64,000 nt of DNA. Origin: the human T2T-CHM13v2.0 reference genome, Homo sapiens. The position numbers and the translations under genes were made by a program. This document shows, piece by piece, positions 1 to 25,987 of the stretch. How positions within the stretch are numbered: the first letter of the stretch is position 1; each line of letters opens with the position of its first letter. Location of the stretch: NCBI RefSeq assembly GCF_009914755.1, contig NC_060925.1; one strand, written 5' to 3'. The notes below the pieces were generated by a model that made no database searches, had not been told where the DNA came from, and saw only the letters and a list, made by a program, of their open reading frames with translations.

Positions 1-27
1 GAAATGTCTGGGAGACTCTAAAGTAAA

Positions 28-607
28 GGCCGGGGGCAGTGGCTCATGCCTGTAATCCCAGCACTTTGGGAGGCTGAGACTGGGAGATCACCTGAGGTCA
101 GGAGTTCAAGACCAGCCTGGCCAACATGCTGAAACCCTGTCTCTACTAAAAATACAAAAATTAGCCAGGCATGGTGGTACAGGCCTGTAATCCCAGCTAC
201 TCAGGAGGCTGAGGCAGCAGCATCACTTGAACCTGGGAGGCGAAGGTTGAAGTGAGCCGAGATCACGCCACTGCACTCCAGCCTGGGCGACAGAGCGAGA
301 CTCCATCTCAAATAAAAAAAAGACCGAATGCAGTGGTTCACACCCGTAATCCCAACACTTTGGGAGGCGAAAGTGGGAGGATCACATGAGGTCAGGAGTT
401 CAAGACTAGCCTGGGCAACATATTGAGACCCTGTCTCTATGAAAAATTTTAAAAAGTAGCTAGGCATGGTAGCACATGCCTGTAGTCCCAACTACTTATG
501 AGGCTGAGGTTGGAGGATCACTTAAGCCTATGAGATTGAGGCTAGAGTGAGCTATCATTGAGCCACTACACTCCAGCCTAGGCAACAGAGAAAGACTGTC
601 TCAAAAA
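28..607 (+). mobile_element. Two tandem Alus (28-321 AluS-like; 322-607 AluJ-like)
   Basis: Alu consensus arms and A-tails. Confidence 0.9.
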
Positions 608-779
608 TAGTAGTTAATTAGAATTAATAATAAAATAATAATAATTCATTAAAATAATTGAGTAGCTCTTCCTTTTCCTCTTTCTTTTTCAAAAATGGAA
701 TCTAAAATCCATTAGGTGGGTCCAAGCAAGATCTGTGGGGATTTAGGGGGGCCAAGGGTGGTCAGAGCTGAATATCAGA

Positions 780-2395
<1,616 letters not shown>

Positions 2396-2439
2396 TTTTT
2401 TTTATTAAAACAAGTTCAAGTCAAATTATTTATTTATTT

Positions 2440-2920
2440 ATTTATGTTTTTTTTTTGGAGACAGAGTCTTGCTCTGTCGCCCAGATTGGAGTACAATGGC
2501 ACCATCTCGGCTCACTGCAAACTCCCCCTCCCTGTCAAGCAATTCTCCTGTCTCAGCCTCCCAGGTAGCTAGGATTACAGTTGTGTGCCACCATGCCTGG
2601 CTAATTTTTGTATTTGTATTTATTTATTTATTTTGAGAGAGGGTCTCGCTCTGTTGCCCAGGTTGGAGTGCAGTGGCGAGATCTCAGTTCACTGCAACCT
2701 CCTTCTGCCTCCTGGGTTCAAGCAATTCTCCTACCTCAGCCTCCCGAGTAGCTGGGATTACAGGTGTGTGCCACCATGCCCAACTAATTTTTGTATTATT
2801 AGTAGAGATGGGGTTTCACTATGTTGGCCAGGCTGGTCTCAAACTCCTGGCCTCAAGCAGTCCGCCCCTCTCGGCCTCCCAAAGTGCTGGGATTACAGGC
2901 ATGAGCCACAGCACCCAGCC
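2440..2920 (-). mobile_element. Partial Alu plus full Alu
   Basis: Reverse-complement Alu consensus. Confidence 0.88.
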
Positions 2921-3072
2921 AAAAAAAAAAATATGTTTAATGAGAAAAAAAGTCAACTCAGCTATCAACTACCTAGGACAGCCTCAGGGCAAGCAACTGG
3001 GAGTAACAGGTCCAGCTCTGCCTGAACATAGTGTAGGCACACTGCCCAAGCTGTGTATAGTAGGACGAATAA

Positions 3073-3904
<832 letters not shown>

Positions 3905-4201
3905 CTATACTTTGCCAAGAATAAAGTGTTATAAATGTGCTCTGTGCACACTAAGCACAACAGCTGTGATGAAGACCAAGTAGAGACAAACTGAAGGTTC
4001 ATCAGCCTATGCCCAAAATTTTCCATCTCTGTACCACTTAGGTTTTAGCAATTGGAGAATTCTTGCTATACTTCCTTGAAATATAAGCACCCAAATATTT
4101 TCATAGAACATTCCTAGTCACTGTAGTATGGGAGTAGTAAGAAAAGGAAGTTTGAAATAGAAAAAAAAGCAGCAAACAATAGCATGAAGTAGAAACTTGA
4201 C

Positions 4202-4323
4202 CTGTCCCTTAATGGTTTCTGCAATGACGTTTTTGGCAGAAGCTTCCAATTCTCCGTTGAACTGGTCACCCAACATCCGAAGGCGACCAGCAATGATAGC
4301 CACATCAAAAGAACAAGGCTCTC
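4202..4323 (-). CDS. BCL2L15: BCL2L15 coding exon 2 (BH3 motif)
   Basis: Acceptor CATAG|GA; reads [41 protein letters not shown] with BH3 core LRMLGD; donor CAG|GTCAAG. 127+122 = 83 codons. Later exons are outside the window. Confidence 0.95.
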
Positions 4324-4542
4324 CTATGACAGAGGGAACACATTTGTTACAATGCTTGAAGCAATGGCAAGTCCCAGGAATCTGGGCAATGAGAAAAATT
4401 TGTCTTGTCTTTTAAATAATTTTCATATCATGATCTCCCAAGAGCTTAAATGTTCTGTCAACACCAATAGTCAGAAAGTTTCCCTTCATTGAGAACCTCT
4501 TTCGCTTTAGGTGTTACTGAAAGCTTAGAGTTTGCCTTTTGA

Positions 4543-4878
<336 letters not shown>

Positions 4879-4913
4879 TGACCTGCAATCACCGCCTAGG
4901 GCAGGAACCTTAC

Positions 4914-5040
4914 CTGAATCTACTTCATCTACACAGCATAGGTTCCGGCTGGCAACCTGCAATGTTGGGCTCAAGAAGTCCATGAGTAGAGTGTTCACAA
5001 TGCATTCCGTTTGTTCCTCAAAAGTTTGGGAGCTCTTCAT
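4914..5040 (-). CDS. BCL2L15: BCL2L15 (BFK) coding exon 1
   Basis: ATG at 5040 gives MKSSQTFEEQTECIVNTLLMDFLSPTLQVASRNLCCVDEVDS, recognised as the BFK N-terminus. Donor CAG|GTAAGG follows; 127 nt, phase 1. Confidence 0.95.
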
Positions 5041-5159
5041 TTTAGATGTTTGCTGTCAAGTTTTGCTTTTCCACGAAACAAGCAGTTTTCAGCCCAGCAG
5101 GAAGTTAAAAACACTGGTAAATCAACAAATGTTTCTACCTCTTGTAGTTTCCTGACATG

Positions 5160-5500
5160 TAATCCTGGAACTTTTCCCACTAGCTTTCTTCAAACACAGC
5201 TGCTCAGAAAGGTGGGACTTCTCAGAAGGATTACCTACTTGGAACTGGGGAGACTTTAAAGACTTTAGGTTCTCTATCTCAGACCACACCCTAACCACAT
5301 AAAATTAATGCTTAACTTTTATCGTTAGGTAGCCAACCTAGAACTGAAATAGAGTTCAGGAAGAGCCTCTGGAGTAATTTTATTAAGAAATACTTCCTCG
5401 ACTTCTTAGGTCCTGCACATGGTATAATTTGAAGGAAGGTTTTGAAGTTACAGTGGACCAGCGTTCAACTTCTGTTTATGGAATTTATTTGCCATAATCA
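5160..5500 (-). promoter_or_regulatory. Probable BCL2L15 promoter/5'UTR (non-CpG)
   Basis: Unique sequence just upstream of the ATG, with GAS TTCTCAGAA (5219-5227), GATA site (5274-5279) and CDX-like CATAAA (5298-5303). The TSS cannot be seen directly. Confidence 0.5.
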
Positions 5501-5990
5501 TATAATAATTACTTACTGAACAAGGAACTATAGTTGGCACTACAAGTAACATAGAAAAATGATACAGGCACAGTTACTGTGCTCATGAAGCTTACACTTC
5601 AGCAGAAATGACAGATATTAAATGAGTAATCGCATTGTTATTTGTGCTATTGAGATCAGTGCACTTTGATCAGTGAAGTGTAACAGGGAATCAAGCCTTT
5701 GATCAGTTTAATAGGGAAACAAACCTAGGGGACTGGGAAGGCTTCCTTAAAATAGTACCATCTGACATGAGCTCTGAGGAATAAGTAGGCATTCATTATG
5801 CAAAAAGGAGGCATAACACTATTCTAGGCGGAGAGGTAGCAGATATAAAGTCTGGGAAGGTTAAAAAAAAACAACTTGGAATTATAAATGGGGACAACAG
5901 AAAATATTTCATAGATAAATTATGAGGATTAAATAAGATAACATGCGGAATGGCCTAGCACTGTTTGGCATACAATAAATGTTAAATGTC
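5500..5990 (-). mobile_element. L2 fragment followed by MIR fragment
   Basis: GGGAAGGCTTCC...GAGCTCTGAGGAATAAGTAGG (L2-like) and GAGGATTAAATAAGATAAC...GGCACTGTTTGGCATAC (MIR-like). Strand given is for the L2 part. Confidence 0.55.
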
Positions 5991-6267
5991 CTCCTTTTAG
6001 CCCAAGACATAATGACCAGGAGGAAAGAGATCTGAGATTCTCTGTCTAGCAAAAGGATTTTCCTAACAGGGTTGGACTCCATCATTGTTTTAAGAGATCT
6101 CATGATTGGACACTTATCTGTAGTGGTTGCCTTCTTAACGTAGCTAAACCTAGATTTTGGGTCTGGGTCTCAGAAGCAGCCATCAAACCTATCAGCAAAC
6201 TTACCACTCAACCTGTCTGACCTGGTGAAGTTATTAATATTAACAGCTCCAACTAATAAAAGAGTCA

Positions 6268-6622
<355 letters not shown>

Positions 6623-6679
6623 CTATCTTGCAAAATATCAAAGCCAATCTTGTGTTTTCTGTTCCATTCTAAAACACAT

Positions 6680-7445
<766 letters not shown>

Positions 7446-7911
7446 AATGATCATAAATTGCTTTTGGAGTAAGAACACAAATTATGTTCCCATGTAGCTA
7501 AAGTGCTATTTTCATTTGTCATTATCTGTCGCTCATTCTCTCTAGAGGCAAAAGGGCTGAAACCTCATTATTACTAAGTAGGCTTCAGACTTTTAACATC
7601 AGAAGGGCGGGCACTCAGAGAAAATTCTAGGCTAACCTCCTTTCACATTAGAGCTAGCCACTGACAGTTGAAGGATTCTAAAAAATACATTTGTGACATA
7701 CTCCCAAAACAATATATAAAAAATAAAAATATTTATGAGACCATCCAGCTGGTATTAAATAGCTTGCCCAAGTTCACACATCAGTAAGTGGCAGAATATA
7801 AATTTTAAACCAAGTCTGTCTTACATTAAACTCAAGCTTTTCCCACAGTAATAAACCACGTTCCTCATTTCACTATCAATACGCTTATGCCATCTTTGAA
7901 ATCGAATTTTG

Positions 7912-8078
7912 AGTCCAGGGGTGGTAGCACGCACCTATAGTCCCAGCTACTCAGGAGGCTGAAGCAGGAGGATCACTTGAGCCCAGATCAAGGCTTCACT
8001 GAGCCATGATCACACCACTGCACTCCAGCCTGGATGACAAAATGAGACTCTGTCTCAAAAAAAAAAAAAAAAAAAAAA
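7912..8078 (+). mobile_element. Alu right monomer/FRAM
   Basis: Single Alu arm plus A-tail. Confidence 0.85.
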
Positions 8079-9173
8079 TCTAATTTCAACTCCTTTGCAT
8101 TGTCTTGTATAATCAATGTTGTAAAGCTATAGAAACAGAGTACAGGCTGTCATTAGCAATGTGGAGTAAATTTTTTCCAAGTTTGTTTACTTCTTCTGGG
8201 CCTTCAATATAGCACCCTCCAAAACTATCCCTTTCCCTCAGCCCACATACCTTCACCCTTGCAGTTGTAATATTGTGCTCTTAATTATTACTGAAAAATC
8301 ACGAGGCCAGAATTTTTTCACCGTCACTTGTTTCTCTTGCCACCCTCTGACCACAACAAATTACATCCCTCCCCAAAATGCTTTGTCTCATATCATTGGC
8401 TTAAAGTCCAGGATCTTGTCATCTGTACCAGATGTGCATGTGGATGAAGATCCTTGAGTGTAACTCCTCTCAACATGGAGACTTGTAACTAAGAAAACAA
8501 GTAATGTGTCCCCTCTCCCCTAAACATCCCATATCTAAGAAAGGAATAGAATACTTTTAACAGAACGCCTGTTCAAAAATAGGGGTAATGGAAACACATC
8601 ACAGTCACTGATTCATAACTATAAAATGATGGTAATATGCAAATTATTGCCTCTGCAGTGTTCCAAAACACTATTGTCTTTGTGGAACCTCATTACATAC
8701 GTAACATACTGTTTACCTGTCAACTAAGAATGACATTAGATGGCTGCTGTTCTAAGAGCACAGTATAGACTACCTTCATGGATTGTAAAATATAAACATC
8801 TACTTATATCACATCATCAAACCCCATGTCTGCAGAAGCTATACAGAGTTCCTAGCAGGGGAAATATTAAAGAATTAACTTCATAGTATACCTGAGCTTT
8901 AGTCATTTTGCTTATAAATTAGTAAAACCAGGCTACAGGAGAAATCAGTTCTTCATTGAGATAATCTTAAAAGTATATTTTCCAAAAGCAACAATTTCAT
9001 ATTCTATGTATGCCTCTTACATTATAGAAAAGCAACCAAGTAGAACATAGTCTTCTAAAAGCTCCAATAGTTGGGATCACTTTAGTATTATTATTTATTC
9101 AGTTGCTTAGTCATACCTAATTTTCTTTAGATCAACATTTCAGTTATAGTCTTTAATTTTAAAAAGTCAATAA

Positions 9174-9518
<345 letters not shown>

Positions 9519-9675
9519 CCTTGCTACACTTTGAATTGGCAGCACTTCAATTTTATTTCTCTTAGTACCTAATTAAACATTCACCATTTAACTGAACCAT
9601 AAAAATACAGAAAATGCAATTCTGAAGCTGTTCTAATCCCTCCCTTTCCTGTCCCTGAGGATCCATGGTCTAAAT

Positions 9676-9899
9676 CAGTGGTTCTCAAGTAACAGCAATT
9701 TTGCCGCCTGTCCCAGGGGACCTTTGACAATGTCTAGAGACATTTTTAGTTGTCACAACTGAGGGTTCTACTGGCATCCAGTGGGTAGACAGAGGCCAGA
9801 GATACTGCTAATAATCATTCTACAGTGCAGAGGAAAGCCCCTCACAACAAAGAATTATCTGGCCTCAAATGTCAGTATTGCCACTTTTAAGAAATCCTG
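9676..9899. mobile_element. MER20 (hAT-Charlie MITE)
   Basis: Starts CAGTGGTTCTCAA; core GACAATGTCTAGAGACATTTTTAGTTGTCACAACT; ends AAGAAATCCTG. Degenerate 8-bp TSD GTCTAAAT/GTCTAGAA. Confidence 0.85.
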
Positions 9900-10092
9900 G
9901 TCTAGAATAAGTTCCATCATTTTCCATATAGTTGATACAATATCATAAAACCCATTTCAAACATCAATCCCAAAACACATCAGAATCTAATTATATACAG
10001 CCATTCATTCAGTAAAGATTTACTGAGTAATACTATGTGGCAGGCACTATGGAAATAAAAGGAAAGAAAGAATCATTCTTAAAAGTTGTTCA

Positions 10093-11513
<1,421 letters not shown>

Positions 11514-11873
11514 TAAGCTCTGTATTAAAGTCATGCTCTCTGCTTTCGTTGAAGAATACTGTTAAGAAAGTCATGTGAAACCCATTACTAACTTCTCATA
11601 GGATCTTGCACATATCTTAGTACCACCTATGTGAAACTACATGTACATTTCTTTTAGAAATCAATGTTTCTTCCTCTCTGATGACAATTATAACTGTTTC
11701 CCTTAACTCTGACTGCTAAATCACCTATAGAGACAAATCAAGGCTCAACTATATCACCTAATAGGCCCATACAGCCTGAACATTTGTATATTTCCCCATC
11801 CCCAACCTAGCTGGTCTTAACTGGTATTTTAATTTTTCCCATTCTGGATTCGCTATTTATATTTTACCATCAT

Positions 11874-11879
11874 TTTATT
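11874..11879 (-). terminator. Candidate distal AP4B1 poly(A) signal AATAAA
   Basis: TTTATT on the plus strand, about 850 nt past the stop codon. Confidence 0.55.
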
Positions 11880-11929
11880 AGATTTGTTCTTGCCATAAGT
11901 TGCTTCAATGTACAAAATGTGGTCAGATA

Positions 11930-12380
11930 AGAACAGAATAAAAATTGAGGACAAGCAACAAGAAAACAATTACAATACTACTGCTAGAGGTATGCTCTGG
12001 CTACTTTGATAGCTTGAGGGAGGCCCCTAATGAAGGCAGTGAGGGTTAAAGGAAACTTCCTGAAGGAGCTTATGAGTGAGCTGAACACTGAAAGATAGAC
12101 GAGGTGTTAATTCAAGAAGATATGAGGGTGAGAAAATGTTCCAGGCAATAAATAAAAGCAGGTTTAAGTTAACACAGAGGTGAAAGAAGCAGGTGTATAA
12201 AGGGAACTGCAATGCAAATGGTTTGCTTCTGCCAGAAAAGAAGTCATTTTGGGAGTGGCAAGACTTGACACCAAAGAGGTACTTTAGATGACATTAAGGA
12301 CTTTGGAATCTGGCCTAAAAGCATGATTGGAAATATGAGAACAGTTAGGAATTTACTATAATAATCCAGGGAAGAAAAGA
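11930..12380 (-). mobile_element. L2 fragment in the AP4B1 3'UTR region
   Basis: GGAAACTTCCTGAAGGAG..GAGCTGAACACTGAAAGATAG..GTTCCAGGCA, L2-like. Confidence 0.55.
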
Positions 12381-12428
12381 TGACCCCCACAAATGATGAC
12401 CCCTATCAGTTTCCACACATCAGCCATC

Positions 12429-12434
12429 TTTAAT
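12429..12434 (-). terminator. Candidate proximal AP4B1 poly(A) signal ATTAAA
   Basis: TTTAAT on the plus strand, about 290 nt past the stop codon. Confidence 0.5.
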
Positions 12435-12726
12435 TACTAACACAATTCCTAAAATTGATTAGGAAATAATCCAAATCCCATCCTCAACGCATCTCCTTAC
12501 CAACATTAACCTCTACAACATCATCACTGAAAAATGGGGTCAATTGCCAATAGGAATGAAAGGAATGAATCAATGTTCTTTGGCCAAAAACTTAAGAATC
12601 CTGATTTCTAGATTTTCCACTCTCCTTTGTATCTGATATTATCTGGACTTACTGGCAGCTCTAATAGGAAAGACTAAGAAAGTGTAATAGTTATTCATCT
12701 TACTCTAGACAAGCAACAAGACTCTG

Positions 12727-13203
<477 letters not shown>

Positions 13204-13365
13204 CTAAGTTTTTTATCCAAATTCCCAAATGTACACAATGTGACTTTTATTTTTGGACAAATGGCTGAAATAACCAGTGACGAACCTCTTTCTTGCTCAC
13301 AAATGCTTCAAATTCAGGCAACAGTCTGAGGTTTAGTGCTAAGATACTCTACTTTCCACCAATCA

Positions 13366-13884
<519 letters not shown>

Positions 13885-13899
13885 TCATGGCAAATACTA

Positions 13900-14127
<228 letters not shown>

Positions 14128-14411
14128 CTAGAGAATAAAGGAATAAGAGCAAGTGCTCAACACTTGACTGTCTAAAACACAGGAGATAATAGACAGCCAC
14201 TGGTTTTGCTTTTCGCTTAGTGCCAGCAGAAAAGGTGTAATCTTTAGTTTACTTCATTTAATTTACTGATTCCCCGTACTATACTCTCTACAACAAATAG
14301 GAATGAAATTCTAATACACAAGAGGAAACTCAAAACTTTCATAGCCTATGTTGGATTAAGCAATAAATAAGGTTTCCTCAGGTTTGGGGCCTTTGGCCCT
14401 ATTGGGTTTTA

Positions 14412-14942
<531 letters not shown>

Positions 14943-14971
14943 AAATCTCTGACTCAAAACTGTTCAAGAGA

Positions 14972-15341
<370 letters not shown>

Positions 15342-15501
15342 TTATATGCCATCTATATCCAAAAGAGAATCTAAGGTGGCAATCAATTCGAAGAGTGCCC
15401 ACTTCAAACACAGGGTAGAGAGAATAATTAGATTCCATTTCAAAGGGCAGGGTTTCAAGCATTCTCCCCCTACCTAGAAGTAAAGGAGAATTACAGTCTA
15501 C

Positions 15502-15605
15502 CTCACTATCTTGAATGTTCTCTTCACAGCCGGGCAGGGCCTGACATACAGCTTCAGTACACTGAGGACACAACCAAACCAGGTCTCGGAAAGTCTGCAC
15601 CACCA
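15502..15605 (-). CDS. AP4B1: AP4B1 coding exon 7
   Basis: TAG|TG ... GAG|GTAGAC; [35 protein letters not shown]; 104 nt. Confidence 0.96.
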
Positions 15606-16379
15606 CTACAATACAGGCCAGGGTACAAGAGCACAGGATTAGAGCCTCCAGGTAGGCAGGAATCTTAAGAACAGTCATGTATTCAGACTCATGATTCTGG
15701 CTGGATTTCTGTAAAATGGGTTTTGGAGGTGTGGTCAATGGTTATCTAAGAAATGTAATGAAATAAGCAATAATTTCTTGAATGCATATTGCTCTTATCA
15801 GATTGACATGAGGATAAATGAACTAATGTATGAAAAAGCACTTTGTAAAACATAAAGCTGTATGCAAATGTGGGGTAGTATTGCTGTTGAATGAAACACT
15901 AAAGACAGTATAAATAGAACCACCAGGCCTGGGAAAATGATAACACAAGTGAGGTGCCTAGGGTTCAAAATTGAAGAAGACATGCAGGATTGGCTCTTGC
16001 AGGAACCTAAGAGTGAGTGCCTTCTTAAATTTTGCATCCTAGGCATCTTGCTTGACTTACCCTTGTCCCAACCCTGGAAGCCACTGCCTATGGCATACTG
16101 CCATAAAACAAAAAGAGAAGTAAAGATGGTGAAATATCAAGCAAGGTCATCCTAGTAGCCTTCATTATCTATAGTACAGCCTTATAGATCATGGCAGCCT
16201 GAAGACTCAATATCCTATTAGATCTATAGACTTTATGCTTCTCTAACAGCAACAGATGATGATGCAAGGAAAAGTTCAAATCTCTATATTACTCATTCAA
16301 CAACAAACATGTTTTGAGCAACTACTATAGGCCAGGCACCTGACAAAAAAAACAAAAATCCTAAAAAGGCAGGCATTAC

Positions 16380-16463
16380 CTGTGGTAATGTGCTCTTGTC
16401 GAAGACCCAGCAACTCTGTTAAAATCTGAACACATTGATCTGTGTAAGTCCTGGCAATGCCAC
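16380..16463 (-). CDS. AP4B1: AP4B1 coding exon 6
   Basis: TAG|GT ... ACAG|GTAATG; [28 protein letters not shown]; 84 nt. Confidence 0.96.
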
Positions 16464-17099
16464 CTACAAAAGAAGGGAAAGCAGAGAAAACTGCTAAGTG
16501 AAATATTAGCACCTCAATCTAAAATCATCTCCCACCAGTGAAAGACAAAAGAAACAGAATTATCTAAAAAAAAAAAAAAGAAAAAAATTCACTCCTTACT
16601 TGATGAACTAAGAATATAAGTTTACTATAAAGGGAACTTTGGTAAAAATCATTTTTTCTCACTGACTACTAGAAAACTGAAAGCTCATAGCAAAACAATT
16701 CCCCATTAAACAAGGTTGAAAACTTATAGTAACAAAGGTATTTACATGGCAGCCAGATATGAGGTACCCTTTTTGTTGCAGCACACCTGCAATGGAGTAT
16801 TTTTGTGGGGGACACTTGACAGCAGTCTCCTAAGGATTTCTTGTCTCCTCTTTGCTCCCTCTTCTCTGCCCCTAAAATAACCATGCTTTATTCCAAATAT
16901 GAGGGTTGCTCCTCCTCCTGTACTTGAAATCCTTCAAAACTTGGCTCAACAGCTGTTTTCAGTTTTTGAGTCACTCCAGCCTTTCAAATTCCAGACAGGG
17001 TACTATGAAAAAGTCTGTAAGATTTAGGAATTATTCTGTGTTGGTCTACATTCAGCACAATACATAGCCCATAGCAGAAGCTCAATAAATGACTGGTGG

Positions 17100-17295
17100 A
17101 TTAACATAGGACTTTGAGTCAGGAAAGCTGGATTTCAGTCCCATTTCTAAAACTATGTGCCCTTTTGGCAATTTGATAACTGTTTTTGTGCCTGAGTTTC
17201 TTCATCTTTAAAATGAAGTTAATGACATTTGTCTACTTTTCCTGACTGTCTCACGATACTGTGGTAAGATGATGTATAGGAAAGCATTTTGGATA
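17100..17295 (+). mobile_element. MIR
   Basis: GGACTTTGAGTCAG..TGCCTGAGTTTCTTCATCTTTAAAATG core. Confidence 0.7.
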
Positions 17296-17494
17296 GAAGA
17301 CAACAACAATTTTAAGTATTGTAGTTTGTGTTACCTGTATTCTCCATCCTGGAAGATACAGCAACACCAATCTTGACCAAAAAAAAACAAAAAACAAAAA
17401 AAAACTCTCTTCCCCCGTGTTTGTAGTCACTGACCCAATTATTTAGTGCATAGTACTTTGCTTCTGAAGCAAGATTCATGCCCTTTGCTCTCTA

Positions 17495-18211
<717 letters not shown>

Positions 18212-18474
18212 CTATTTAAAGTTTACACAAAAAAGGCTTAAAATTCCAAGATGAGTTGTTAATACAAATGCACACTCCTCTAAGACCAAAGACATGATCA
18301 GCATACACTGGGTCCAGGTTCCTTACATTTTAAGACACTATAAATGGCTTAGTTTGGGGGACATGACTAGAGAAGGGTAGAACCTATTCCCACAGTATAT
18401 TTCTATTTCCCTATATCAATAAGGGAAAGTAAGGCAAATAAAAGAAATTCTCTCAGTGGAATGTGAGGGAGTTA

Positions 18475-18790
<316 letters not shown>

Positions 18791-18869
18791 TTAACTTTCT
18801 TTTCTACCCCACATAAGTTGTTCAATACTTTAATACATCAACAAGATCCCACAAGGTAGCAGATCTCAT

Positions 18870-18875
18870 AATAAA
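18870..18875 (+). terminator. AATAAA, candidate 3' end of the antisense lncRNA AP4B1-AS1
   Basis: The motif is in the sequence. A plus-strand AP4B1-AS1 ending inside AP4B1 is recalled from annotation; its exons cannot be derived here. Confidence 0.45.
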
Positions 18876-18897
18876 AAGAGTGCTGAGGCATCCAAAC

Positions 18898-19045
18898 CGA
18901 TTTAAGAGATGGTGAGCAATGGGCTTATTGATGACAACGCCTCCTTCCTGTTTCAGAATTTCCTCTAGAGACCTCAAGCAGTTCACAACTACAATTGGAT
19001 CCTGGTCACGCAGCAAACTGTATAATTCATTTACCAGGGCACCAT
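18898..19045 (-). CDS. AP4B1: AP4B1 coding exon 4
   Basis: TAG|AT ... ATCG|GTTTGG; [50 protein letters not shown]; 148 nt. Confidence 0.96.
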
Positions 19046-19300
19046 CTATAAAAAAGAACAAAGTTCTTAGATAAAGAAGGAAAGCTTCAGAGTAACAAGG
19101 ATGTAGCCAGAGTAATAGCTCCAGGTAGACAAAGTTGAACTTCTCTGCTACAAAAATGACAAAGGCCACACTAAAGTGCAAGGCAAAAAAAAAACTGCCA
19201 TGTCCAGACTGTTCTAAGCAGCTAATACAAAGGATCTCATTGGGGCCCCAGAGAAAGGACTTCTCATCTCCAGAAGATACCAAGCCCTGCATCCTACTTA

Positions 19301-19567
<267 letters not shown>

Positions 19568-19704
19568 TTAGCCAGATTCTGAAATACTAATTTTGACATA
19601 CCTCAGCCCCTGTTCACCTAACAGATGGTTTAGTAGATGCTGCACCCATCAGATCATGAAGAATTGCAGAAAGCCTCTATCAAGCTTAAAAAGCCATAAT
19701 TTGA

Positions 19705-19992
19705 CTTTTCTGTTTTTTTCTTGTTTTTTTCAAGATGGGGTCTCACTTTGTCACCCAGTGGCCCGATCATAGCTCACTGCTGCCTTGAATTCCCGGGCCC
19801 AAGCCATCCTCCTGCCTCAGCCTTCCTAGTAGCTGAGACTACAGGTGCGTGTCACCATGCCCATTTAATTTTTTGTAGATATAGGCTCTCACCATCTTGC
19901 CCAGCTGGTCTCAAATTCCTGGGCTCAAGCAATCTTCCTGTCTAAGCCTCCCAAAGTGCTGGGTCTACAGGCATGAGCCACTGTGCCCAGCC
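19705..19992 (-). mobile_element. Alu (AluJ-like)
   Basis: Diverged Alu; TSD TAATTTGACTTTTC. Confidence 0.9.
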
Positions 19993-20298
19993 TAATTTGA
20001 CTTTTCATTTGGAATAATGATGCACAGGCAGCAAAAAAAGATATACACATAATTGTTTAGAGATATTTAACCAAAACTGAGGACTATTTTACTTAGAGTG
20101 AGAATCAAAAACTCCCTCTAATAAAATTATATGATACAGGTTATTAAGCCAAAGCAGTGGCTGAAAATCTGAGTTCAGGGTACAATAATGTTTTCCCCAG
20201 TATTAAGGAGCTCAAATAAATTATCCTCTTTAAAAACCTACCCTGTGATCACTTGAATTCATCAGCCATTTAGGACCAGACAGAGAAGAGGGTACTCA

Positions 20299-20571
<273 letters not shown>

Positions 20572-20701
20572 TTACAATGGAGGGAGTTTTACTTACATAT
20601 CTCCTGATTACCCAACTAGATTGTGATCTCTTAGAGGGTAGCAGCCAGGATTACCTTGTCTATTATATCACACAGTACTTCATACCATAGGCCTACAATA
20701 A

Positions 20702-22150
<1,449 letters not shown>

Positions 22151-22241
22151 ACCATATAACTGCCACGTGTGAAAGCTAATTCACCCTTTCAGAGAGACTG
22201 GGGCTAGTGAGCCCTGATGGGGATTGCAAAGGGAGCAGTTA

Positions 22242-23551
<1,310 letters not shown>

Positions 23552-23686
23552 TGAACCCAAAAATGCATCTTTAACCCAGAATAGGAACGTGTTTTCGAAG
23601 TGACCAACTTGAGATAGTTAGCCATAAGTTGAGGAGATATTTTAATCCAGCCAAGGAAACTATTCCTACCTTTATAAGTAAGCTAG

Positions 23687-24019
<333 letters not shown>

Positions 24020-24137
24020 TAAACTTGCCTCATCTTAAGAATCCACCTAATGTGCTGGGTGGTTCTCCAGCTCTCTCCCCACCCCACCCTTAAGTCTCCA
24101 AGAGATTAAGATCAGGAGTAAGTTTGGGAATTGCTGA

Positions 24138-24454
<317 letters not shown>

Positions 24455-24645
24455 AGCTGAACTCTTAAATTGTACAAAGGGTGGGATGGGAAGTGGAAGG
24501 AGGAAGGGCAGATTGCTTGGGAATCCCCATTACAGCTTCTGCTCCCGGTGGCTCAGGATTTGGTCAGCTTTCCTGATTCATGTAAGGGATAGTCCCTGAC
24601 CCGGGGAGGTAACGGAGAGGAGTCAGTGGTCACTGGGATGACTAA

Positions 24646-24846
<201 letters not shown>

Positions 24847-24865
24847 TGACTTCTCCAGACTAGAT

Positions 24866-25435
<570 letters not shown>

Positions 25436-25561
25436 GATTTCCCACTCTTTAAGGGTCCGAACCTTGTGAAGAGTAATTGAAAAATAGGAGTAGGATGGAG
25501 ACATTACAACAAAGAAACCATGCAGCTATACTGCCTAGTTCAGTGCCAGGCTACATAATAG

Positions 25562-25960
<399 letters not shown>

Positions 25961-25987
25961 TGACCACCTTATTTAAAATTGCAACCT

